Below are positions 19,225 through 28,677 of a stretch of DNA of 64,000 bases, piece after piece. Position 1 is the first letter of the stretch. The number at the start of each line of letters is the position of its first letter. Source of the DNA: a virus; the IMG/VR virus record IMGVR_UViG_3300025401_000016, positions 1 through 64,000 of that record; one strand, 5' to 3'. A model generated the notes under the pieces. It was not told where the DNA came from, did no database searches, and worked only from the letters and a program-made list of their open reading frames with translations. A program made the position numbers and the translations under genes.

Positions 19225-19590
19225 TTGCCGATTTGACTCCATGGTAGTGCTGTTTCAGCACTACCAAAAGTTTTGATCTTGCACGACCGTCATCCTTGCC
19301 ATCTGTTCCCCACATGATCAGCTATTATTGCTATCACGTGCCACCGGTTGCTCTGTAAGGTTCTTTATGGGATTGTAGTTGAATATACGTCCGTTCAGTT
19401 AGGATTTCATTCAGCAACGCATGTTTTATATCATCAAGATAGAATAGATATAAACTCATTGAAGGTTCGCTTTGACGATTGCCTTCTCGGTGTTTCATAG
19501 TCACAAGTATGTGACTACGCTGACTCCAGAATCTGACGGCACAGCACGATCTGTACAATCTCAAGGAGAGCTAACAAACTTAGCTAACGA
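19225..19590 (-). ncRNA. Large structured non-coding RNA-like element, family unassigned
   Basis: GC-enriched gap with at least six local hairpins and four 6-7 bp long-range complementarities, two of them crossing; a G-U versus A-C asymmetry favours the minus strand. Confidence 0.65.
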
Positions 19591-19594
19591 ATTG

Positions 19595-20173
19595 TCAAAC
19601 TGTTAGAGTTAAAATGTTATTGGACTTTGTGTCTGTTTGGCTAAGTGGTTTTGACTTTGTGTCTGTGGAGCCTGCGTATGCTCTAACGAGTTCTTTGTTT
19701 AATTTGAAGAAACTATCAAATTCAGTGATTACCCAATCACCATGTTTTTTACTAACATAGAAAAAAAGATTGTCTATAGTCCATGTTAGTTTGGGTTGTA
19801 CTGCAATGTAACGTCCAATACGATTGAACTTCATTATAAGCATGTTCAAATCGCCATCATCTTCTACATCAAGTAATTGTTCTATCCAACTGTCTATTAT
19901 CTTACATTCGCCTGATAATAGCAAGTGAAAAGGGAAGTCTGCATATGACTTGCACTCGCAATTAAATTTAATCCAAGAATCAGGGGCTATTATATCTCCC
20001 TTAAAGGACTTAGCTTGATTTCCGTCTAAAAAGTTTTTTCGGTGAGAATTGGATCCTCCGATATATGCACCTGAATTAGGAACACGAACAAAAGGCTCGC
20101 CGTACGTTTCACTAAGAAATTTTGCAATTTCCCTTTCATACGAGCTACCTTTTGTTTTACTTTTTGAAGACAT
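19595..20173 (-). CDS. Holliday junction resolvase, PD-(D/E)xK Hjc-type
   Basis: KG.SYEREIA..L...RVPNSGA...GDII...ECKSY motif; adjacent to gp46/gp47. Confidence 0.8.
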   Translation of the reverse strand: MSSKSKTKGSSYEREIAKFLSETYGEPFVRVPNSGAYIGGSNSHRKNFLDGNQAKSFKGDIIAPDSWIKFNCECKSYADFPFHLLLSGECKIIDSWIEQLLDVEDDGDLNMLIMKFNRIGRYIAVQPKLTWTIDNLFFYVSKKHGDWVITEFDSFFKLNKELVRAYAGSTDTKSKPLSQTDTKSNNILTLTV

Positions 20174-20189
20174 ATAGTACTTAGTCGGT

Positions 20190-20258
20190 TTAGACAGTCC
20201 TTAAATTTTTACAATTAGAACCGTGCCAGCGAGTAAAATTAGCAGGATCTGCATAGAA
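20190..20258 (-). pseudogene. Relic C-terminus of a homing endonuclease
   Basis: Start-less frame FYADPANFTRWHGSNCKNLRTV*; N..RWH..NCK resembles the C-terminal half of the Zn ribbon ending many phage GIY-YIG/NUMOD3 endonucleases. Confidence 0.55.
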
Positions 20259-20263
20259 TTAGA

Positions 20264-22336
20264 TCACTGTATTGAAGTGGAAAAATCAATAGTTGTAAAA
20301 CCATTTTCCTTAGTAACTTTTAATACATTTGGTACTCTGCCTACCAACTCTTCACGGTGACTTATTAACCAAATTGACTTACTGCGACGCCTAGACATAT
20401 CCTTAAGTATAGCAACACTATTTTCCACTCCAGTTACATCCATTCCGGAGTCCACTAACTCGTCAATAAACAATGTATTGATTGGTTGATATAAGTTCTC
20501 CCAAACATCTCTGAAAGCAAAACTCAATCCTAGAATCAATCTATTTGCTTCACCTCTAGATAAGTTACCAAAGTCAAGTTCACGTCCTAACTCTGTGATT
20601 TCAACACTCAAATCATTTTTGAATACAACTTGATGCGGTAAACCAATTTTATCTAGGTAGTGTGTTAATCTACTGTTAAGATAACTTAGATTCTGATCTA
20701 CAATCTTTTTACGAACGAAACTATCTTTACTAGTTAGTATGTCTAATAAGAACTTTTGGTGTTCTAACACTTTGGTTAGTTCATTAATCTTATCAAAGTT
20801 AATCTCTTGTATACCGTTACTTTCCATATCACTAATCTGTTCTAGATATGGACTAGTTTCAGAATACATTTTTGTAATCTGTTCAAGTAAATTAATCAAC
20901 TGACTGCTATGCTTGATTGCTTGTGCCTCTGTATCATATATCGTACTTGGTCTAATACCTGGTTCAGGTACCACTTCAAGTAACTGTTCAGCAAATGGGC
21001 TTTCTTCACTTTGCTTTGATACAATATTTTCAAGTATGGTTGCAATTTTGTTACTATGTGTAATAGCTTCGGCTTCTGTTTTATAGAATGTTGTTGGTTC
21101 TGGTTCAATAACAAATATATCATTGGCTAACAATATATTTTGTTCAATAACTTTAGTATCTAAAATTTGTTGTGTATCTGATAACAAACTTTGTTTATCT
21201 GATAAAACTTTGGTATGCTGTTCATCGTGGAAATCCTGTCCACATGCATAACACTTATGATCTTCTAATGTAGCAATTTCATTTGTGAGTTTGTTGACTA
21301 GTTTTTGTTGGTTAGTAATATCTGTTTTAAGACGAGATAATTCTTTATCTCTATCAGTTTTTGCCTTTAACTGAATCGTTCTAGTAGCTTTATCTTTATG
21401 TGCCTGTAGTTCAACTGTAATATCAATATGGCTCAATTGATCATATGTTTTCTGAAGTTCAGAAACTTCTCTATCACGCTTTTGAGTCCATGCAACATCC
21501 CTAGCAACTACTGCATTATATGCATCATAAGCAGACTTCTTTTGATTATAGAGAGTTAAATCTCTATGTGCAAGTAGTTCAGATTCAATATCAATTTCTG
21601 ATAATTGATCATGTTGTTTAACCAAATACTCTAAGTCACTAGCATGTTTCTTTTGCCAAAGTTCATGCCTACGTTTCATACTATCAACTTGTGTAAGTAC
21701 ACGCTTATTGGCTTCTTCTACTGCTTTGATACGAAACTCTTCAGCTTGCATATCATCTTTAGTAACTTTATTCATTACTTTAATGAGTTCAGCTTTCTCA
21801 CTAAGCAAAGTGATACCCAATAACTGTTCAATGATATTGCGTTGATCATTGGCTTTCATTGCCAAAAAAGGTTCACTATAAGTATTGAGTGCAACAATAT
21901 GATTGAACATATCACTACTCATATTGATTACTTTTTCAATCTCTGCTTGTGTTTCTTTGTTTTCACCTTGTGCATCATCAACCACTTTTTGTTGTTCATC
22001 ATTTACATAGAATCTAAGAATATTTGGCTTACGCCCACGCTCAATCTTATAGTTTATACCATTCACACTAAACTCAAGTGTGACTAACATATTTTTAGTA
22101 TTGGTACGATTAACTAAATTATCTTTACGAATGTTATTGATAGCAACACCAAACAATGCATAGCTTAGACCTTGAATTAGGGTAGTCTTACCAGTACCAT
22201 TTCTAGCACCGTCACCACCCATGTCTAAGTTCTCACCTAGAATAAGTGTCAAGTCAGACTTATCTAAGTCAACCCCCTGTGTTACTGCCCCGATTGATAA
22301 AAAATTCTTTAATGTTATGTTTTTAAGAACGATCAT
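20264..22336 (-). CDS. gp46: Recombination endonuclease ATPase subunit (gp46/SbcC/Rad50)
   Basis: Walker A NGTGKT, zinc hook CYAC, signature LSRGE, Walker B LFIDELVD, ISH switch. Confidence 0.95.
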   Translation of the reverse strand: MIVLKNITLKNFLSIGAVTQGVDLDKSDLTLILGENLDMGGDGARNGTGKTTLIQGLSYALFGVAINNIRKDNLVNRTNTKNMLVTLEFSVNGINYKIERGRKPNILRFYVNDEQQKVVDDAQGENKETQAEIEKVINMSSDMFNHIVALNTYSEPFLAMKANDQRNIIEQLLGITLLSEKAELIKVMNKVTKDDMQAEEFRIKAVEEANKRVLTQVDSMKRRHELWQKKHASDLEYLVKQHDQLSEIDIESELLAHRDLTLYNQKKSAYDAYNAVVARDVAWTQKRDREVSELQKTYDQLSHIDITVELQAHKDKATRTIQLKAKTDRDKELSRLKTDITNQQKLVNKLTNEIATLEDHKCYACGQDFHDEQHTKVLSDKQSLLSDTQQILDTKVIEQNILLANDIFVIEPEPTTFYKTEAEAITHSNKIATILENIVSKQSEESPFAEQLLEVVPEPGIRPSTIYDTEAQAIKHSSQLINLLEQITKMYSETSPYLEQISDMESNGIQEINFDKINELTKVLEHQKFLLDILTSKDSFVRKKIVDQNLSYLNSRLTHYLDKIGLPHQVVFKNDLSVEITELGRELDFGNLSRGEANRLILGLSFAFRDVWENLYQPINTLFIDELVDSGMDVTGVENSVAILKDMSRRRSKSIWLISHREELVGRVPNVLKVTKENGFTTIDFSTSIQ

Positions 22337-23346
22337 AAGTTAGTGTAAATGTCCAATAATATTTTCTTGTCAAATGTATTTGATTCAATTGAGTTGATCT
22401 GATCAATAACGATTTGGTCAACACTCTCAAATTTCAACCCATCAAATCCGTTTTGTTCTTGTTGATCTACCATCATTGGGATCAATGTCATCTCACGCAA
22501 TTTGTATTGAGGGATATATGTTTCTCTTAGAAAGTTTGCTTCTTCATATGAAATTGCAAAGTCTAAGTGTACTCTATTATAGCTACCAGGTAATAGTAAT
22601 CCGGACTCATTAGCCATAATATCACTTAACTTTTGTACTCTGAATCGAGGTTGATCGGGCCAACTATGAAACTCTGGCTCTTCACCCCATTCTAGTATCA
22701 TCATTCCCCTTGCATCATCTCCTGCATCTGCAAAGTTATGTGGAAAGGCATTGCCCATGTACCAAATATTTTTATTTGCTTGTCGCTTATGAAAGTGACC
22801 ACTGAATACCCTATCAAACCCTGTAAAGTGTTCTCGTTGAATAGTACCATGATCCGGCATTGCAATCATAGCATTCATGTAAAAGCTGGGCAGTTCAAAA
22901 TGACCAAACATGTATTTGCCACTCATTGACCTAATTTGTTTGTAATCATCTCCTACTAACCATGGAGCAATAACCACGTCCCCATCAACGAACCAATCAT
23001 TACAAATAACAATATTTTTAAGATGTTTTGCAAATTCAACACTTTGAATGTCACGACGGTCACGATAGTATAAGTCGTGATTACCAGGAATAAAATAAAC
23101 AGTGGTAAAAGCGTCATTGAGTTTCTCCAAAGCCCTCAAGCTATAGTTAAGTGTAACAATGTTAAGATTTGCACGATTGTTATGCCAATCACCTAAAAAG
23201 AAACATGTTTCACATCCTTCTTCTTTGGCTTTGGATATAAACCAATCTACAAAATTTAAACAATCTTCATTATGAATAGTGCTATTTGACTTAAGACCAA
23301 AATGCAGGTCTGTGAAAAACGCGGCTTTTTTAAATAAATTACTCAT
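22333..23346 (-). CDS. gp47: Recombination endonuclease nuclease subunit (gp47/SbcD/Mre11)
   Basis: Metallophosphoesterase motifs DLH, GD, GNHD, GHF, SGHFH. ATG 23346 (MSNLFKK) preferred over the TTG at 23382. Confidence 0.93.
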   Translation of the reverse strand: MSNLFKKAAFFTDLHFGLKSNSTIHNEDCLNFVDWFISKAKEEGCETCFFLGDWHNNRANLNIVTLNYSLRALEKLNDAFTTVYFIPGNHDLYYRDRRDIQSVEFAKHLKNIVICNDWFVDGDVVIAPWLVGDDYKQIRSMSGKYMFGHFELPSFYMNAMIAMPDHGTIQREHFTGFDRVFSGHFHKRQANKNIWYMGNAFPHNFADAGDDARGMMILEWGEEPEFHSWPDQPRFRVQKLSDIMANESGLLLPGSYNRVHLDFAISYEEANFLRETYIPQYKLREMTLIPMMVDQQEQNGFDGLKFESVDQIVIDQINSIESNTFDKKILLDIYTNL

Positions 23347-23352
23347 CTGTGT

Positions 23353-23382
23353 ATTATATAGGAAAAGGAGCCGCAAAAGCAA
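23353..23382 (-). promoter_or_regulatory. Sigma70-like promoter for gp47 (leaderless)
   Basis: TTGCTT-18 nt-TATAAT; the A of ATG 23346 is 7 nt downstream of the -10 box. Confidence 0.55.
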
Positions 23383-23405
23383 CTCCGTTGGTTAAATGAA
23401 ATATG

Positions 23406-24308
23406 TTATTCTTCGTATACGGTACTACTACCGCTACCTTGTCGTGACCAACTTGGATTTAATCCATTGATCTCTAAAATATCATCACGAATGTTTTGAT
23501 TTCGTTTTTCACTATTCAAAACACGACAGAAACTATTGGTAATAGCGGCTGTGTAGTATGCGAATGGGTTAGCACTTTTGGCTTCGTTAAAGCGTAATCC
23601 AACATATGTCAGTTGTAGAATAGCACTATTACGCATTTCATCATTGTATGTATATCCACGCCAATTGTACTTCATTGCATATTTTTCACACATCATAATA
23701 TACATTTTGGCTAGTTTGTTTGTGATGATTCCATGATCCTTACTAAACTCACCGGACTCTAAATCACCCATCCAATGACTCTTTCCAATACACTTAAATG
23801 TATTTGTTTCATCTAATCTGTAGTGTTGGAATGGGGGAAAATTAACCTTGACATGCACCATGTCATCAATTTCTTTTGCAGTAGTTGGATCTTCCAAGTC
23901 AGCAAAGATTTCTTCGGTATCACCCTCAAATTCAAAGAAATCTTTAGCAGTTTTCTTTTTATCTACTTTGCGGGGTTGTTTTGGTGCAACTGGAATATGA
24001 TCCCAAGTCATAACACGAAAAACTAAATCAGTTACGGGGATAGAATCAGGGCTTACTGAATCTTTTACCCCTGCTTCCAAACTCAATCTTGTAGCACGAG
24101 TTTCTTTAGCAATTTGAATGGTTTCGGGTTTAAGCGCATACTCTAAGCTTTTTTCTAATGATTCAGTGGGCATATCTACAATAAAATCATAGCGATGATC
24201 TTCTGGGTTTAAGTATGAACAATATGCATTTTTACTGGTATGGATCTCTTTGAGAATATCTTTGTTATTTAAATAATTTACTGTTTTTTTGGTAGTTGTT
24301 ATAGTCAT
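23406..24308 (-). CDS. gp55: Late-transcription sigma factor (T4 gp55 family)
   Basis: NYLNNKD+L, NWRGYTY.DEM, F...KS.NPFAYYT....NSF.R....EK motifs. Confidence 0.9.
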   Translation of the reverse strand: MTITTTKKTVNYLNNKDILKEIHTSKNAYCSYLNPEDHRYDFIVDMPTESLEKSLEYALKPETIQIAKETRATRLSLEAGVKDSVSPDSIPVTDLVFRVMTWDHIPVAPKQPRKVDKKKTAKDFFEFEGDTEEIFADLEDPTTAKEIDDMVHVKVNFPPFQHYRLDETNTFKCIGKSHWMGDLESGEFSKDHGIITNKLAKMYIMMCEKYAMKYNWRGYTYNDEMRNSAILQLTYVGLRFNEAKSANPFAYYTAAITNSFCRVLNSEKRNQNIRDDILEINGLNPSWSRQGSGSSTVYEE

Positions 24309-24332
24309 ATGACTCCGTTATTGTATAACATA

Positions 24333-24361
24333 AGTATAACACTATTGTTGTAGCATTGCAA
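24333..24361 (-). promoter_or_regulatory. Sigma70-like promoter for gp55
   Basis: TTGCAA-17 nt-TATACT with an extended -10 TG; GGAG RBS follows. Confidence 0.65.
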
Positions 24362-24394
24362 CAAATAGCGGTAAAAAATGGTGATTTTTGTTGA

Positions 24395-24402
24395 GATAAA
24401 TA
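24395..24402 (+). promoter_or_regulatory. T4-type late promoter for the baseplate operon
   Basis: GATAAATA 25 nt upstream of ATG 24428. Confidence 0.7.
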
Positions 24403-24427
24403 GTATTTAGTAAAGGTATCTATGTAA

Positions 24428-26374
24428 ATGGCAAACCCAATAAGTAACGGCACAGTAAATCTTGGCACAGTAGGTGGCTATCCTAATGGCATGCCAATTA
24501 TAAATCAAACAGTTCTTGGTGCCGCCGGAGTAGGGGATACGTTAGGTGTAGGTAAGTCAGATGCAAGTGCATCACTAGAAGGTCAATCAACTTCAGATCA
24601 ATTATTATTAAATGCAAAAAAATTAATAGATAGCGGAAAATCCAATCTAACTCAACAAGCAAGCGATTTTGGAGTAAGCCCAAATCAATTGCAAAAGGAT
24701 ATTTATGCAGCTCAAGTTAGGACCGGAACAGGTTTAGGTAGTGGAAATTTTGATACTGCACCAACCCCTATAGACATCCCGTCTCCAAACAAGACCCCTA
24801 CACCCGATGCTGTAAAAACTCCAAGTCCCACTACTAATTACAAGCCCGGTGAGGTAGGTAGCGGTACACTTGATACTGCACCTAAACCGTTAGAGTTCAT
24901 ATCTACACCAATCTCAAATTCAAACTCAACACCGACAACTCCTTCACAAGAACAATCTGCTACTAATACAGGTGTGAATAGCAACTCAACCAGTAACGGA
25001 TCTTCTAATTCAGGAATTGTCTCTTCAAGTTCAGTGGGTAATGGTAACGGTAATGCAGATGGTAACGGTGCGGTAGGTAGTAATTCAGGCAATGGATCAG
25101 GCAATGGATCAGGCAATGGACAAGCTAATAGTTTAGCTACAGGTAATGCAACTGATAATGGAACTAGTATAAATGGTACAGGTGCAACAAACGGCACTGG
25201 GGTAAATCAAAGTATAGTAGGTAATGGTGGTGGTAATGCAGATGGTAATGGAGGTAGTAATGGTGGCAATGTACAAGATGCAAATCAAAATGCGGTTGTT
25301 ACACCCCCAACGCAAGCATCAAATCCTGTTGCAAATGTAACAGTAAATTCACCATCTACTGCACCTGCACAACAAGAAACTCCTGCAGCTGATAACTCTC
25401 CCGTTACAGCTACATTACCACCAGTATCAATATCTGCTCAAAGACCCGCCGCAGATCCCAGTGCTTCGACACCTGCTCCAGTACCAACACCTGCTCCGGC
25501 AAATACCGATACTCAAAATCAAAATCAAAATCCTACACCATTAACAACAGTTGGTAATACTCCACAAGTAACACCATCACCAGATTGGAGATTAAAATTA
25601 TCCTTGGCTCCACATGCTACCTATTTATATAAAGATCCTGCAGCTGCTAATGATAGAACAAATATATTGAATCCTTTAGTTGCAACCAATGGCATAGTAT
25701 TTCCCTATACTCCTACTATCAACGTTGGCTATAAAGCAAACTATGATGCCGCAGAGATTGTACACAGCAATTACAAAATGTATTTTTATAAAAATAGTAA
25801 TGTAGATGAAATACAAATAACTGCTGACTTTACAGCACAGGATGTCAATGAAGGTAAGTATGTATTAGCAGTATTACATTTCTTTAGAAGTGTTACCAAA
25901 ATGTTCTATGGACAAGACACCGACCCTATTGCAGGAACACCCCCTCCTTTATGTTATTTGAGTGGTTATGGACAATATCAATTTTCTAACCATCCAGTAT
26001 TAGTTAGTTCATTTACTTACTCATTACCAAATGAGGTAGATTATATAAGAACTGGTATAGGATCTGCTTGGTCCGGTACATCAATAACCTCAGTGATACC
26101 TCAAACACTAACAAAAACAAGTACTGCGAGTGCTATTAGATTAGCGCTGTCAAATTTATTCAGCGGTGGAAAATCAAAAGGTGCAGTATTTACTACACCT
26201 TCAAACAGTACTAGTACACAATCTTTAACGACTGATGAGACATTAAGTTATGTACCAACAAAAATGCAAATAACAATTACATTGTTACCAATCATTACTA
26301 GAGCAAATATTTCTAAAAACTTTAGTGTAAAAGATTATGCGTCTGGAAAATTGCTTAAGGGAGGTTACTGGTAA
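24428..26374 (+). CDS. Baseplate tail-tube initiator/cap (gp48/gp54-like) with long low-complexity N-terminus
   Basis: C-terminal DWRL.L...G+VFPYTP...HSNY...FTAQ...FFRS.TKMFYG...PPP+..L.GYG tube-fold-like domain; first ~385 aa G/N/S/P/T-rich. Confidence 0.65.
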   Translation: MANPISNGTVNLGTVGGYPNGMPIINQTVLGAAGVGDTLGVGKSDASASLEGQSTSDQLLLNAKKLIDSGKSNLTQQASDFGVSPNQLQKDIYAAQVRTGTGLGSGNFDTAPTPIDIPSPNKTPTPDAVKTPSPTTNYKPGEVGSGTLDTAPKPLEFISTPISNSNSTPTTPSQEQSATNTGVNSNSTSNGSSNSGIVSSSSVGNGNGNADGNGAVGSNSGNGSGNGSGNGQANSLATGNATDNGTSINGTGATNGTGVNQSIVGNGGGNADGNGGSNGGNVQDANQNAVVTPPTQASNPVANVTVNSPSTAPAQQETPAADNSPVTATLPPVSISAQRPAADPSASTPAPVPTPAPANTDTQNQNQNPTPLTTVGNTPQVTPSPDWRLKLSLAPHATYLYKDPAAANDRTNILNPLVATNGIVFPYTPTINVGYKANYDAAEIVHSNYKMYFYKNSNVDEIQITADFTAQDVNEGKYVLAVLHFFRSVTKMFYGQDTDPIAGTPPPLCYLSGYGQYQFSNHPVLVSSFTYSLPNEVDYIRTGIGSAWSGTSITSVIPQTLTKTSTASAIRLALSNLFSGGKSKGAVFTTPSNSTSTQSLTTDETLSYVPTKMQITITLLPIITRANISKNFSVKDYASGKLLKGGYW

Positions 26375-26679
26375 TGGCAACAGTTTACTCAGCTACTAGT
26401 CCGTACTACTCAACTTCAGTAGTTAATAATTTATATTTAGATGTAATGCAAAATAGAAGCGTTCCTTATAATGCAACCGATGTATATTGGGAAATAACAC
26501 TAACATATAATATGAGACCTGATCTACTAGCATATGACTTATATGGTGATAGTAGATTATGGTGGGTTTTTGCACAACGTAATCCAAATAGACTTAAAGA
26601 TCCTGTATTTGATTTTGTGCAGGGTATTAGCATTTATATACCTGAAATTACGAACTTAAAAACTGCATTAGGAATCTAA
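26374..26679 (+). CDS. Baseplate wedge LysM-like protein (gp53-like)
   Basis: RPDLLAYDLYGDSRLWWVFAQRN motif; TAATG overlap with the upstream gene. Confidence 0.85.
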   Translation: MATVYSATSPYYSTSVVNNLYLDVMQNRSVPYNATDVYWEITLTYNMRPDLLAYDLYGDSRLWWVFAQRNPNRLKDPVFDFVQGISIYIPEITNLKTALGI

Positions 26680-26680
26680 T

Positions 26681-28663
26681 ATGGCACTCAAACCACCAAG
26701 GCCAAATCCTTTATCGGAGTTTTCTAGTTATACATACAATATAAGTTTGTATCTAATTAACCCAGAAACATATAATCAATATGCTTCTGGTGGACCAAAT
26801 ACACCTAAAGATTGGAGATTGATTGCGCAAAGTGGCGGAATCAATAATAATGGTTCTACTAAACGTGCTGAAGGATTTGATTTTGACTATTACATTGATA
26901 ATTTGAAAATAGTTACTAATACCAATTTTAAATTAACTTCATCACCGTCAAACAGTTTCAGTTTCAATTTTCAAATCACCGAACCCAATGGATTTAAATT
27001 TCCTACTGACTTAGTTAAGGCTGTGCGTGAAATGCAACAAACTAGCGGGTTATATAGACCAGATAGAATAAATGAAACGGTTGTTGCACTACAGGCATAT
27101 TTTTTGTTAGTAATTAGATTTTATGGATATGACAAAGATGGCAATATAGTAACTAGTACAAGTACACAAGATCCAACAGTAACTGATAGCTCTGCAACAT
27201 TAGAAAGAAGTTGGCCCATAACAATAACTGGTTTTAATTTTAAAATAAATGATAGAATGATAGTATATAATGTTGAGGCAAAATTGATTGCTGAAACTAT
27301 GGCTATGGGTAGATTACGAGGTGTATTAGGTAGTGAAGTAAATATATCAGGTACTACAGTGGGTGAAATATTACAATCATTAACAGATGCATTGAATGCA
27401 CAACAAAAAGTTTTAGTAGATACAAAAATATACAACGTAGCAGACAAGTATGTTATTAATTTTGCACCAAATTCGGGTATTGACTCAGCGGCTTTATTAG
27501 ATTTGAAAACTGCTTACAATAAAACAACTCCAATGGCTTCAGTCACTGGTCCAGAGCAAAGCAATGTGCGAACAGGGGCAAATTCGTCAACTGTGTTGTT
27601 TGAAAAGAAAACATTAGCGGTAAGCAATCAACCTATTATTAATATCATTGACCAAGTTATTACTCAAAGTGCATATGTATATGATACATTGAAATATTTA
27701 TTCAAAGAGGAAACTCAGCCTGTTACAGGATCAGATTTATCAGACTCAACTTTAACCAATTCTGATTCAGGAAAAAAACCACTTAAGTGGTTCATGGTAA
27801 CACCATCGATTCAATTGAATGAAGTAGATGTACAAAGGGGAAACATACCAAGTTGTACAATCACCTTTACCATACAACCTCATAGTATACCTGATATCAG
27901 AGGCAGTAACATAGGAAAAACAGATACATATCTCGGACCTTATAAAAGATATCAACATACTTATTTGTCTGGTGTTGGTAAAGAAATTCTTAGTTTTGAA
28001 CAAAATTATAACTTGCTATTTTTTAATTTACTAGGTGAAAATATTAGTTCAGTTTCTAGTACAAATAATGACCCGACTGCTCCTGCAGGCGTAGGTTCTG
28101 CTGATGTAAATAATCAAGGAAAACTTCCTACATGGTTTAATAAAGCGATTGGTCCAATAAAATCATACTTGTATGGACCAAGCAGTCAACTAGCAACTAA
28201 GATGACAATACTTGGTGACCCTGATTATCTAATGACTTGCACGGCACAGGGATATGATGCAATTACAAATCCATATTATGGTACAGATGGATGGAGTATT
28301 AATCCAACTACTGGACAAATATTTGTTGAAGTAGATTTTAGAGATGCAAGTGATTATGACAATAATATTGGTTTACTAAATGTAGCAAAAGATGACGATA
28401 TATTCTTTTATAACTATCCACCTGAATTAGGCATAAAAGGATTAGCGTTGACAGTGTGGCAAGTTACAAGTAACTTTAGCAAAGGACAATTTACACAAGA
28501 CATGAAATTTGGTGTACCTGCATTTCCAGACGATGAGGCAAAAACAGGTATAGGTAATATGAATAGTGCATCACTTAATCCAGCAAATGGATCAAGTGCA
28601 ACTACTATACCCAGTGGAGCAACCATAAAAGCACCTGCGTCTGCCGCAGAACCAAACAATTAA
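26681..28663 (+). CDS. Baseplate hub protein (gp27/gpD-like)
   Basis: Lies between gp53-like and gp5; TILGDP and V..+.S.F..G.FTQ C-terminal motifs. Confidence 0.6.
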   Translation: MALKPPRPNPLSEFSSYTYNISLYLINPETYNQYASGGPNTPKDWRLIAQSGGINNNGSTKRAEGFDFDYYIDNLKIVTNTNFKLTSSPSNSFSFNFQITEPNGFKFPTDLVKAVREMQQTSGLYRPDRINETVVALQAYFLLVIRFYGYDKDGNIVTSTSTQDPTVTDSSATLERSWPITITGFNFKINDRMIVYNVEAKLIAETMAMGRLRGVLGSEVNISGTTVGEILQSLTDALNAQQKVLVDTKIYNVADKYVINFAPNSGIDSAALLDLKTAYNKTTPMASVTGPEQSNVRTGANSSTVLFEKKTLAVSNQPIINIIDQVITQSAYVYDTLKYLFKEETQPVTGSDLSDSTLTNSDSGKKPLKWFMVTPSIQLNEVDVQRGNIPSCTITFTIQPHSIPDIRGSNIGKTDTYLGPYKRYQHTYLSGVGKEILSFEQNYNLLFFNLLGENISSVSSTNNDPTAPAGVGSADVNNQGKLPTWFNKAIGPIKSYLYGPSSQLATKMTILGDPDYLMTCTAQGYDAITNPYYGTDGWSINPTTGQIFVEVDFRDASDYDNNIGLLNVAKDDDIFFYNYPPELGIKGLALTVWQVTSNFSKGQFTQDMKFGVPAFPDDEAKTGIGNMNSASLNPANGSSATTIPSGATIKAPASAAEPNN

Positions 28664-28677
28664 TTTAATAATTAGAT

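Noticed and set aside
19334-19564. 76-aa minus-strand ORF
   Set aside because: TTG start, no RBS, atypical composition; the region is better explained by nucleic-acid structure.
19225-19590. RNase P RNA, group I/II intron or tRNA cluster
   Set aside because: No GAGGAAAGUCC/P4, no group I R/S elements, no domain V, and no T-loop/CCA cloverleaf on either strand.
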